Virus record (IMG/VR): IMGVR_UViG_3300025168_000034
Location: 101,610-165,609 of that record
DNA: 64,000 bases
From: a virus
Direction: 5' to 3' (one strand)
The position numbers were made by a program, and so were the translations under genes. Under the pieces are notes generated by a model. That model ran no database searches and had not been told where the DNA came from. It worked only from the letters and a program-made list of their open reading frames with translations. Positions 30,201 to 38,907 of this stretch are shown one piece after another (position 1 is the first letter of the stretch; the number at the start of each line of letters is the position of its first letter).

Positions 30201-31928
30201 CGTTGCATCTGTACCTAATGTATAATTCCACAAATCATCTAAAGCAGCTCCATTTTCAAACTCAAACCCTAAGTTTTGACCTATAAGGTACAATAAATCC
30301 TTACTTAAACCAGCTGATAGTTCTTGACTTTTATTATATTGATTTGTATATTCGTCAATGTAAGGAATTATGTCATCAAAATAATGACCTGCTAGTTTTA
30401 CAACTTGATTAAAAGTTTCGTTATCCGAATCCTCCACGATGTGTGCAGGTACATTTCGTAACAAAGAATTTGTATTATTGCCGTCGTATAGGCTTGCTGA
30501 TGAAATAGCTCCATTATACCACTCAACAGCTTCCGATGAAGTTACTGGCAAATTTGTGAATGGCTTTGTTGAGTTGGATTTTGGCCATGTTGATGGGTAA
30601 AATTCACCATAAGAGCTAGTTTCATAGCTAGCTGATTCATAATACAAATATCGTTCGTAAGCATCAAAGCCACCAATAACAGAACTTTTACGCTTAGCGT
30701 TTATTAGTATGTTTGTTTGTGCTGCGTTGCTTGCAGATGTTGATGAGTTTGGTAATCCGTTTAAGTCGGTAGTCAGAGCTGCTACTCGAGCATCATAGGA
30801 TTCAATTAATCTAAGTTTGTATCTAAAATTAAATAACCGAGACTCGGCATTAGAATAAGTTATGAAATTTTCATATTTGCGAAAATCAACATTCATACTT
30901 ATATTCTCTACTAGAGAGCTACTTGAAATTCTATCTTGCAACTGATAGTAAACACTGTTGAGTGATCCAGATTCAGCTCCTACAAGGGCTTCTTTACCTT
31001 TATATTCAGTCGAAATCCCAGTCCTAACTCTAGCTAATATATCAAAATTTGGTGAGGCAATTTCTAAAGTTGTAGGTTTTAGATCAGGTGGTATTAGTGT
31101 TATGTCTGTGGTAAAATCTCCACTAACTTCTTGCGCTAACCACAACTCATCTCCAACTACAATGGATGGAGGAATAGGAGCAGCAAGTTTAAATATTATA
31201 CTGTACGGAGAGGAGTTTACAGTAAATTTATCTTGCACATAGTCAAAAACTGGGAAGAATAAATTGGCTTCTCTAAATAAGTAAAGGTTGCTTAGCAATT
31301 CGCTTTTTGGAGTGACAAACAAACCAGTTTCAAATTGGTTCAAAAAGCTGGTATTATCTAAAGTGGATGATAGTATTGGTCGTACTCTTACCTCTAGTCC
31401 GTTTGAACTTATCTCTTGTACAACAATTTTATGACCATCTCCAGATCCTAATATGTTTCTGTGAAACTTGTATACTGGTTTATATCTTCCAGCAATGTAT
31501 CCTAACTCTTGTATATCTTCCTCTACGTTGAGTAGTACGGATACGTTTGGTGATGGATCATTTGAAAGGCTAGACTGTCTACCCTCCTCCTTAAATCTTT
31601 CAATTGTAAAGTCTGGTACGCGGTAATTCGTTCCAAGATAATTAAGTGTATTTCCGTTTTGGTCTGCATTAAAAAGGTCTAACCTAACTACATCATTTGG
31701 ATAGTTAGCTAGTGTTTGTGGTTTGGTACCAAACGCCTGTACTGGACGTGTGTTGTCCTGTTGCGGGATTTCGCGGTCACGTGACGAGGTCACTACCGCT
31801 GTAGCTTTTATTGAAGTATCTCCTGATGTTGGTGGAGGTGTTAAGGGTACTCGCTCTTGTTGCTTTACAGCTTGTGAAGGTGAAGCACCTCTAACAATTT
31901 GACTAATATTTTTAGATCCGTATGCCAC
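27267..31928 (-). CDS. Large virion structural protein (baseplate wedge-like) with LamG-like region
   Basis: 1553 aa; RTKGTERCLRALITCFG...IKEYG wedge-like motif; WHHVALRR...SGSVQEFRMW LamG-like; late motif upstream. Confidence 0.7.
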   Translation of the reverse strand: MAYGSKNISQIVRGASPSQAVKQQERVPLTPPPTSGDTSIKATAVVTSSRDREIPQQDNTRPVQAFGTKPQTLANYPNDVVRLDLFNADQNGNTLNYLGTNYRVPDFTIERFKEEGRQSSLSNDPSPNVSVLLNVEEDIQELGYIAGRYKPVYKFHRNILGSGDGHKIVVQEISSNGLEVRVRPILSSTLDNTSFLNQFETGLFVTPKSELLSNLYLFREANLFFPVFDYVQDKFTVNSSPYSIIFKLAAPIPPSIVVGDELWLAQEVSGDFTTDITLIPPDLKPTTLEIASPNFDILARVRTGISTEYKGKEALVGAESGSLNSVYYQLQDRISSSSLVENISMNVDFRKYENFITYSNAESRLFNFRYKLRLIESYDARVAALTTDLNGLPNSSTSASNAAQTNILINAKRKSSVIGGFDAYERYLYYESASYETSSYGEFYPSTWPKSNSTKPFTNLPVTSSEAVEWYNGAISSASLYDGNNTNSLLRNVPAHIVEDSDNETFNQVVKLAGHYFDDIIPYIDEYTNQYNKSQELSAGLSKDLLYLIGQNLGFEFENGAALDDLWNYTLGTDATGSVSTLYQTSTEDTMKETWKRLINNLPFLVRTKGTERCLRALITCFGIPETILRIKEYGGHEGGFDKKSDLVYDRFYYAFVAGYNRQTSGLPAQQIEVPWQPLSGSSKFAQTIEMRVRMADNQTKNQTIMEVPGKWKIEAFQSASKKHIGIFLSGSGAANQWATASVSSSIYDTNTEDPYTDQDTRWHHVALRRENQTELSGSDQTYTLIVKTSRYNKITSTTTASLFIDGNTSESYNGSFLTTGSLWIPGSGSFELADSHSMNILSGSVQEFRMWSSELQDAILDNHTLTPTSFQGNTDGVFTGSTSSFDSLLYRLTLGTDNKTTLDDYYPTTSSFNSQHPNQNLVQPSASFYNVTSSAYFRVIEQNSLEWPDLGANRSVSTKIRIDNTTLASNQLFKDNKVEKPLTDNNPPDNSKLGVFLSPTNEVNQDIAEQFGGISIDDFIGNPAQLGLDDYTDLQSLARVYSKKYKGTNKPNEYIRLLQHYNAALFKLIKQFVPYRANTQTGLLIEPTILERSKLPTPPPVAEDLLLTASLDLSPEKVFPIKGEVEDPTNQPLTHYVAAATIGGDLSDYLEIEGTAQDLLPKQNTASIDLNILKPTGIYGVVAETTPPIDMTGEPTGTFFEMVDGTAVDLGTNGAGHNSRYEGSKYIYMTYNSSGSNPRVLRSVTASRYDAWEAINPTILTSRFSERSSPDEAKYQKDIWSYKALEQLYPVAYSGIVTASINTLLTSSADVDKNVWITNFGLRLSSSYDNITQYASPFNTTTYWQLSGSRSGVDPNNGPYNGLNFRNTTSGRFTGSVLLNSFFSERQDASTKDYRYRVSGNFRTSATGGGNDNAVVTFQFGKEGSQYTKAVSISDLNFAVTSGTGSFNFITQADGPNLVITIETRKIGAGFVVVKDLHVQPLNYFESVQDYHLWNAKGMVNARYEGCKLTSTDYNVDSPDTVDGGPVITITEGGGKQLAVKPGKQAGTFDIR

Positions 31929-31965
31929 TTAGTTGTCTTTTATATAAATAGGTGTGTTAAATAAT

Positions 31966-34434
31966 TTACGGATCTTCTATGTCCACATCTCCCTTATCAA
32001 AATCAATACCTTCTTGATTAATCTGAGCTTCTCCGAGATCTGCTTCTTCTTTTGGAGAGAATCGTGAAGGTGGGTTTGTATATTCGCCCAAGTTTCCTGC
32101 GTCTATTGCATCTGTGTAATCTTGTTTTCCGCTCTCAACCGTATCTAGTGTTGGTTGTGGCGATGCAGGAAGGGGTTGTGGTTGTATGAGTTTGTATTTG
32201 AATTCTGATTTGCCTGCTGTATTCCATAAAGGTTGCTGTATTAGATTTTTTGCTATTCCAGCTACAGTAACATTATTTGGTGGTATTGTGAATGTTGAGT
32301 GTTTTTCGGATGCTATGTCTCTATTTGGTACTAGCTGTAGTTTCATTTTTGTGATAGCACACCTTGGCTCACCATATGCAAAGTATGGTTGAGGTACATT
32401 TTGTGCAGTACCCTCTACACTAAATAAATTGTTGTATATGTCTGTTCGGTTCCAGTTTTTAGAAGTGGCAGAATTGTCATTTCTAGACGGTGTATCGTTT
32501 TTAAACTTTACTGTTATAGATATTTGTCGGGTTCCTAATGGAATATCAATATCTCTTCCAACAGCAAAAAACGCTTCAGCTCCAGCACCTTGATCAACTG
32601 CAAGTCCTTTACGCTTATCATCTACTATATCAATATACCAAGGTTGTACGGATGCATCATTTGAATCAGTTTCTTTGATCCACGTACTTTTGGGATATGC
32701 TTTGTTCCATTGTGAATAAAATGATCCATATCTCTTTGCTAAAAATCTAATATTAATGTCATCAATGTTGGGAGATATTACTCCAGTAAACTGTCCAGCT
32801 GTACCACCTCCTGGACCAGTGGAGTTGCTTATTACGGCATCATTAAACATTCCTAAACCACTCTCAGCTTCCTCTGACAAAAGTTTAAATAACGCTCTTG
32901 TGTTTGTGTACTTTTGACCATAGATTAGTATATCATGACCCGAATCGTTATCGTCATCATCATCAAAAAAAGCATATATTGGAAATAACATTAACCCAAT
33001 ATCTACCTTCTCTTTTACTGCCCACAAATCAATAGCTTCAGGTCCTTTTAGGATTTCTTCGCTACTCTCTGCTAATTCTTGATCAAAATACTTAATACTA
33101 ATTTCTGTTGTGTCGTCTGTACATGGTATTATTTCAATAGGTGTTAATGGATCACAAGTAATAGGAGATACTCCTCCTCCAGCTAAAAAGCTTTTATAGC
33201 TTTCGTAATCATAAACAAGCCATGGATACTCTACAACATCTCCGTCTCGTATTACTCTAATTTTGTATCTACTTAACGCAATTCCAACATATGAAAAGAA
33301 TTGTGCTGTCATGTAGTCAACACCCCCCACCTGCCCATCGATCAAACTAGCCGCTTCACTAATGTCAATTGTTTGTGTAAACTCATGCTCTTCATCTTCA
33401 TTAAACTCAATTAAATCTCTTGTAAAATAGCTTGTTGGTCTAACTCCCTTCTTTAACTCCTCTTCTAATGGAAAAAAGCCTTTTTGAGTGTTTCCATTTC
33501 TGTTGTAGCGATCAATAAAAGCTGGCGCAGGGAAAAATCCTTGAGGTGTGTTTTCATTGTTGATATCTTCATTTGGAATAATGCTTACACGTCGGCTAAT
33601 ACTAGTGTAGTGGTACCAATTAGCTAACTTAGCTTTCATTGCGTCAGATGTTGGTATATCTAAATTGAGCAAATCTGGCTCTGAATTAACCCATGTATTA
33701 TACATTGGATAAAATAACTGCCATTTGTTAGTTTGAGTGCTAAATCTAAAAGGTAGTGGTGGCGTGTATTCTGGATCGTTAATTGGAATGACTGGATAAT
33801 CAGACAAGTATCTTGTCATTGTGTTAGGATTATATCTTTTTGAGGTATTGCTAACAACTGATAAAATTTTGCCACTTGCACTTGTCCAATGTTCTAACCC
33901 CAATTCTCCATCACCATTTTTAACTAGATTGGTATACAAAAATCCACTACTATCTAAATCCAGTACATTTAATGTAAAAGGTACAGTTTGAGATGTGCCA
34001 AACTCGTTTGATATCTCACACACATATTCACCTTCAATTTCGCCGGTGCATTGATCTTCTGAGAATTCTATAGTAGTTGTGCCAAGTCCATCGTTTTGAT
34101 TATTGATTGTGAATAAGGAGTTTCCATCTCTTTTCCATACAAATTGCAAACTTGAAATATCATTTATATTGTTAACATTAGATGGATCAACACAAAAGAA
34201 TTCAAACCTAACTCGTGTACCCTTTCTCACAGTAAACACATCAAATATAGGATTAACCTCTTTAAATGCTAGACCACCATCTGGCAATACGGATGCCCAT
34301 GTTAATTGAGAAAAGTTACGTATTGGGTGTGAGGTGATTACCGGTGGTTGTGGATTATCCGGTAATAAAGCAAAATCTCCTACACGTAATGCGTCGTCTG
34401 GCTTAGCTGTTTTTATATTTACTCTTTGCTTCAT
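31966..34434 (-). CDS. Ig-like domain virion protein, paralog of 34443-37775
   Basis: FVWKRDG...EGEYVCEISNEFG (I-set Ig), then LYTNLVKNGDG and QTIDI...IDGQVGGV. Confidence 0.7.
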   Translation of the reverse strand: MKQRVNIKTAKPDDALRVGDFALLPDNPQPPVITSHPIRNFSQLTWASVLPDGGLAFKEVNPIFDVFTVRKGTRVRFEFFCVDPSNVNNINDISSLQFVWKRDGNSLFTINNQNDGLGTTTIEFSEDQCTGEIEGEYVCEISNEFGTSQTVPFTLNVLDLDSSGFLYTNLVKNGDGELGLEHWTSASGKILSVVSNTSKRYNPNTMTRYLSDYPVIPINDPEYTPPLPFRFSTQTNKWQLFYPMYNTWVNSEPDLLNLDIPTSDAMKAKLANWYHYTSISRRVSIIPNEDINNENTPQGFFPAPAFIDRYNRNGNTQKGFFPLEEELKKGVRPTSYFTRDLIEFNEDEEHEFTQTIDISEAASLIDGQVGGVDYMTAQFFSYVGIALSRYKIRVIRDGDVVEYPWLVYDYESYKSFLAGGGVSPITCDPLTPIEIIPCTDDTTEISIKYFDQELAESSEEILKGPEAIDLWAVKEKVDIGLMLFPIYAFFDDDDDNDSGHDILIYGQKYTNTRALFKLLSEEAESGLGMFNDAVISNSTGPGGGTAGQFTGVISPNIDDINIRFLAKRYGSFYSQWNKAYPKSTWIKETDSNDASVQPWYIDIVDDKRKGLAVDQGAGAEAFFAVGRDIDIPLGTRQISITVKFKNDTPSRNDNSATSKNWNRTDIYNNLFSVEGTAQNVPQPYFAYGEPRCAITKMKLQLVPNRDIASEKHSTFTIPPNNVTVAGIAKNLIQQPLWNTAGKSEFKYKLIQPQPLPASPQPTLDTVESGKQDYTDAIDAGNLGEYTNPPSRFSPKEEADLGEAQINQEGIDFDKGDVDIEDP

Positions 34435-34442
34435 ATGTTGTT

Positions 34443-37400
34443 TTAAGGCTCTCCTATTGACGGAGTATATCCGCTGTAATTTAAGAGTGGATCTTCCTCG
34501 CTTCCTTCTTGATAATCAACTCGGTCTATTTTAATGTTTTTTACTAGGTAGTTTATGTTTCGAGATGCATCACTACCTGCCAAAGGTGTTCCTACAAATG
34601 TATCAGTAAGCAGTACATCACTTCCGTTATCAGCTTCTGTAAATCCTTCTATCTTATTAGCTAGTGTTGCAGGCCGTACTCCGTATAAGCATACAAAATA
34701 ATTTGAAGCAGGACCCATTGAGCCACTTCCATCTATATCCTCCATAGGTATGCCTAAACCTCCTTGAAGTCTTGAACGAGTTAAAAACTCATCAGGTAAT
34801 CTTATTGTAGCTGTTTTTATATTTGATCCCGCTGTTTTACCTATATCTATTACAACGGGCTTCATGTTAATAGACGCACTACCAAACGACTTATATACTT
34901 TTGTACCACCATCAGTCGTATTGTTTTCTGGAGTTAATCCTTGCACTGCAAATGCGGTGTTGGCGTTTGGATTAGCAAGATTAGTAATATCGTTTTCTGA
35001 TGGATACTCAAACTTATCAAAACTTGGCAAATACTCAACACCTCCTAGGTTTGGTGTTTTGTGTATAATAGCTTGATCTGGTTTGCAGTCTAAATAATAA
35101 TTATCTACAGCAAATAAACTTCCGGTATTATCTACACTCTCACTGACATAATGCACACCTAATGTTATAATGAATCTACTCTCCTGCATCCAAGTAGTTT
35201 CTTTTTCATCCATCTTAGGCTTAAAGAAACCTTGACCCGGTGAAAAAGGCCCGTTATTCCAGTTTTGTATATATTGTCCGTAGTTGAGATCTGAACCCGG
35301 GACAGCCCAGTATGTGTATTTTTCTAAAGCACCGGTTGTTACAGATCCTGTTTCGTATATGTTTATCTTATCCTCATCTTTAAGAGTGTACCAGTATATT
35401 GGAAACCTTGGAGCTATTGTTGGATTTGGATCAAATAGTCTATTTGTTACTCCTTTGTCTAGAGTTTGAGTGTGTAGCTGCGTATATCTAGTTTGGAGTG
35501 GATCGTCTATAGGTTGTATGTATATTGGGGACAATAAACCGTTTGTTTTTGTCATGTTATTAAACAATCCTCCAGGAGGGTTGGTGTTTAGATTATCACC
35601 TCCTTGTATTGTGGGAGCGGACGGTAGTGTTGTTGTTGAGCTTGGTAGGAATGGAAATAATCCTGCTATATACTGTTCTACCTCTTTATTAGATGGTTTA
35701 CTTGGATCATAACTCTCAACTTTTACATTAATAATACTAGTGAATTTGTCTAAACCAAAACTCACATCAATATGTTTATATTTTGTTTGTTCAGTGGCAG
35801 TAGTGTCTTCTATTGGACCAGGTACAAGTGCTTTTACTGTTTGGTTTTGTGTATATATGTTATCTACAGTTGCTCTTATTTCTGCCTCTTTTCCTGTTTC
35901 ATTGGGGATTAAACATAAGTTGAATCCCGTCGCAAACGCTTTTGATGATGGTGATTTTGGTAATCGTTGTTCTACCGAATTAGGCCAAGATGCGCTTGTT
36001 CTGTATTCGTTTTTTATGACATCAATAATTCTACGCTCCGAGGATGGTTGATTTGTCTTATTGGATGGACTGTTTTGAGCAAATGTGCCCTGCCAACCAG
36101 GTTGAGCAAACACGCCACTTCGTAAAGATGTGACTGGTAATCCTATTTTCGTTTCTTGCATTACAAATCCAAGATCACCCATTACTTCAATAGTAAAATT
36201 AATACGAATTTTGTTAGTTTTAGGATTCAAGAACGGAAGTTCTATTTTGTGAAATTCGGCATACTGACCATAGGTATAGCGATCTGCTGGGTTTGGATTC
36301 AATTCATCTATAACATACAGATGTTGATCCCGGCTATCACCGTCTATTGAAGCAGGTCTTCCATCTTCTTCAGGATCAGCAAAGTATCTTTGATTGTAAT
36401 ATTTTGGAATACGACTATTCCATGGATCAACTATACGATCTAATGTTTTTCGTGGATTACCAGTTGGATCTAAACTAAGTAATCTTTCTTCACGATCATA
36501 TTCTTCAATTTCAACATAAATTCTTTCTTGCACAAAACCCGGACCCATCCTTCTAAAGTTGAAATAACCCATTCTTGGATTATTAATGTCGTAGTTTTCG
36601 ATGTCTGTTGCTGCGTCAGGAGTAATGTTTGGCCATGCTGGGATAAAGTTGTGTACAGCCATTCCTAGGTAAAAGGAAATTATTGCTCGAACGCCACCTA
36701 CTCCATAAATAGATCCATTTATTTGATTTCGTATGTCTATTAGATCGATATCTTGATACACTTCTAAAGTGGTTGATCCACCGTTAAGAATATATTCATG
36801 ATTTTCTTTAGCAAAGTAAGAATCAATTCGTTTTAGAGGATTGTTTTGTAAGACACCTCCTTCAAGTTGATATGGCTTAGGGTGTAGCATCTCTTTAGTC
36901 CAACGAAAATCTGGATTCATAGAATCTACAGCTATTCTCTTGTCGCGAAATCCATTACTTTTTTGTATTAATTTTCGTGAAATAACATCACCACCTACAG
37001 TATTCCAATTATCTGCTGAAAGCTCACCTCCTACTCTACCATTAGGATTTTGTATAAGGTTGGTATAAAAAAAACTATCAAGGTCTGAGTTGAATACCTC
37101 TAGGTTAATAGAACCACCATCTGTTGCACCTATGTCATTAGAGACTATGCATCCATAAGTGCCAGCAAATTGTGGACAAATATTTTTAATTGTAAGCGTG
37201 TTGCCATTTACTATCCTTGATGATCGCAAGTCTGGTACTGCATCATTGGCAACAATATTATCACCGTCTAAATTCCATCTATAAGTGAGTTCTGTTTTAG
37301 GTGGAATTATCTTTAACACTCCGTTTTCAACATTAAATACATCAGGTTGTTCAGCTTCAATTCTCAACACAATTGTAGTTCCAGCATGAACTTTAACAGT

Positions 37401-37775
37401 TCCGTCAGGAAACTGGTACATGTGATTTCCTTTTAGTGAAGTTTTTGCAGCTGCATAAGGTTTTACAGATGGAGTTGATGCGTTTGTAATTGGGTTTGTT
37501 ATAATGGGAGGTTTATTTACTAGCACGGGTAGCAAATCATACACTGTGTTGTTTTCGTTTAAATCCGTGTTTGGTGAAGTAGTTTCGAGAGGATCCGAAT
37601 TCACTGTTCGTCTGTTTGTAAATAACACAATCACCTCAGAAGTGTCAGAGTGTCCAGTTCCGGTCATAAGAGCTCCAGATGGCATCTTATGAAAAGCGCC
37701 AATGTAAGGTTGGCCAGTTAGTGTAACGTACTCGCCTTCCTTTGCATAGAATATGTTTTGTTGATTGTATTCCAT
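34443..37775 (-). CDS. Ig-like domain virion protein
   Basis: YRWNLDG...GNTLTIKNI...AGTYGCIVSNDIG (I-set Ig), then FYTNLIQNPNG and QDIDL...INGSIYGVGGV. Confidence 0.7.
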   Translation of the reverse strand: MEYNQQNIFYAKEGEYVTLTGQPYIGAFHKMPSGALMTGTGHSDTSEVIVLFTNRRTVNSDPLETTSPNTDLNENNTVYDLLPVLVNKPPIITNPITNASTPSVKPYAAAKTSLKGNHMYQFPDGTVKVHAGTTIVLRIEAEQPDVFNVENGVLKIIPPKTELTYRWNLDGDNIVANDAVPDLRSSRIVNGNTLTIKNICPQFAGTYGCIVSNDIGATDGGSINLEVFNSDLDSFFYTNLIQNPNGRVGGELSADNWNTVGGDVISRKLIQKSNGFRDKRIAVDSMNPDFRWTKEMLHPKPYQLEGGVLQNNPLKRIDSYFAKENHEYILNGGSTTLEVYQDIDLIDIRNQINGSIYGVGGVRAIISFYLGMAVHNFIPAWPNITPDAATDIENYDINNPRMGYFNFRRMGPGFVQERIYVEIEEYDREERLLSLDPTGNPRKTLDRIVDPWNSRIPKYYNQRYFADPEEDGRPASIDGDSRDQHLYVIDELNPNPADRYTYGQYAEFHKIELPFLNPKTNKIRINFTIEVMGDLGFVMQETKIGLPVTSLRSGVFAQPGWQGTFAQNSPSNKTNQPSSERRIIDVIKNEYRTSASWPNSVEQRLPKSPSSKAFATGFNLCLIPNETGKEAEIRATVDNIYTQNQTVKALVPGPIEDTTATEQTKYKHIDVSFGLDKFTSIINVKVESYDPSKPSNKEVEQYIAGLFPFLPSSTTTLPSAPTIQGGDNLNTNPPGGLFNNMTKTNGLLSPIYIQPIDDPLQTRYTQLHTQTLDKGVTNRLFDPNPTIAPRFPIYWYTLKDEDKINIYETGSVTTGALEKYTYWAVPGSDLNYGQYIQNWNNGPFSPGQGFFKPKMDEKETTWMQESRFIITLGVHYVSESVDNTGSLFAVDNYYLDCKPDQAIIHKTPNLGGVEYLPSFDKFEYPSENDITNLANPNANTAFAVQGLTPENNTTDGGTKVYKSFGSASINMKPVVIDIGKTAGSNIKTATIRLPDEFLTRSRLQGGLGIPMEDIDGSGSMGPASNYFVCLYGVRPATLANKIEGFTEADNGSDVLLTDTFVGTPLAGSDASRNINYLVKNIKIDRVDYQEGSEEDPLLNYSGYTPSIGEP

Positions 37776-37784
37776 GCTTTGGTT

Positions 37785-38906
37785 TTACTGTCTTTCTATT
37801 TTGAATATAAAATTATGATCCCGTACTTCGTAGCTTACATTATCGTCTTCTGGCACTTTAATCATTATTCGATAATATCTTTCAGGTTGAAAACTGTCAA
37901 GATGCAATCTAAAAAAGCTTCCTCTACTATCAGATGCCATATAGGTGTATTCAGAAAATGGGATTACTGCATCATCGGAATTTGCATAATACACAGCATA
38001 TTGCGATCCAGTTGGAAGTCTGTAAGAGTCTAAGAATAGTGAGGATGTCTGAAATAATAAAGCTGGATACCTGTATCGCGGAGCGAAGTTAAATTTTGGT
38101 CTAGCTGTTTCTTTATAAACTTCTCTTAAATTTGTACATACTAAATTATAATCTTCTTCTGTATCTAATACTGTGAGCGATCCGGTGTTGGTTTGATAAT
38201 TTGATTCGTCAAACCGTGCTTCAAGTACCGGTGCATATATTGTATGCGTCTCCTTACTGTAGAAGCTTAGGTTTCCAAACTTAGTTAGAGATTTTTCGTC
38301 AGTATCTGTCTTTTTTATTATAATTCCATTGAAATCTACAGCTCCACTTTGCACTTCACGAATAATGCTTGTAATGTCCATATCAACGTCAGTCGTTGTG
38401 TAACTAAACGATTGTGATGCTTGACTCGATGTGTACCATGTACCACCTCCTGGATTCACAGACCAAGAGCCAGTTGATAATTCTGCAAATGATTCAGTCA
38501 GCCACGCAGTGGTTGGTGTTGTTTTCCCTTGTCTATAATACCAACTACAACCCTCTGTCGTTGCAGGAGTTGTTCCTTTTTTGCCAATTCCCATATTCCA
38601 TGATTGTGATATAGGAAAAGCTTCTAGTGAGTAGTCTAAAGGAATTTCAGATGCTTCTGTAGCGTATAGTTTTACACCAAAATCAAAAGTATTTGGATCA
38701 TATCCCAAATCTACAATACTCTTTGAAACTGCAGTATAATCAAAATCCAACAATATTCTCGAGTTAAAACTTGATGTAGCTGCTGCTCCAGTTGATCCGG
38801 TAGCTGCTGCTTTGGATATATCTAATACACTATCTAACCCAGCGTTTGTTTCTGGTGAGTTTTCGTATATTGTTGTGTCTTTTTTTGGATAGAATCTTAG
38901 TATCAT
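37785..38906 (-). CDS. Virion structural protein
   Basis: PKKDTTIYE...SRILLDFD...W.MG.G...FYSKETHTIYAPVL; follows the baseplate wedge gene. Confidence 0.65.
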   Translation of the reverse strand: MILRFYPKKDTTIYENSPETNAGLDSVLDISKAAATGSTGAAATSSFNSRILLDFDYTAVSKSIVDLGYDPNTFDFGVKLYATEASEIPLDYSLEAFPISQSWNMGIGKKGTTPATTEGCSWYYRQGKTTPTTAWLTESFAELSTGSWSVNPGGGTWYTSSQASQSFSYTTTDVDMDITSIIREVQSGAVDFNGIIIKKTDTDEKSLTKFGNLSFYSKETHTIYAPVLEARFDESNYQTNTGSLTVLDTEEDYNLVCTNLREVYKETARPKFNFAPRYRYPALLFQTSSLFLDSYRLPTGSQYAVYYANSDDAVIPFSEYTYMASDSRGSFFRLHLDSFQPERYYRIMIKVPEDDNVSYEVRDHNFIFKIERQ

Positions 38907-38907
38907 A

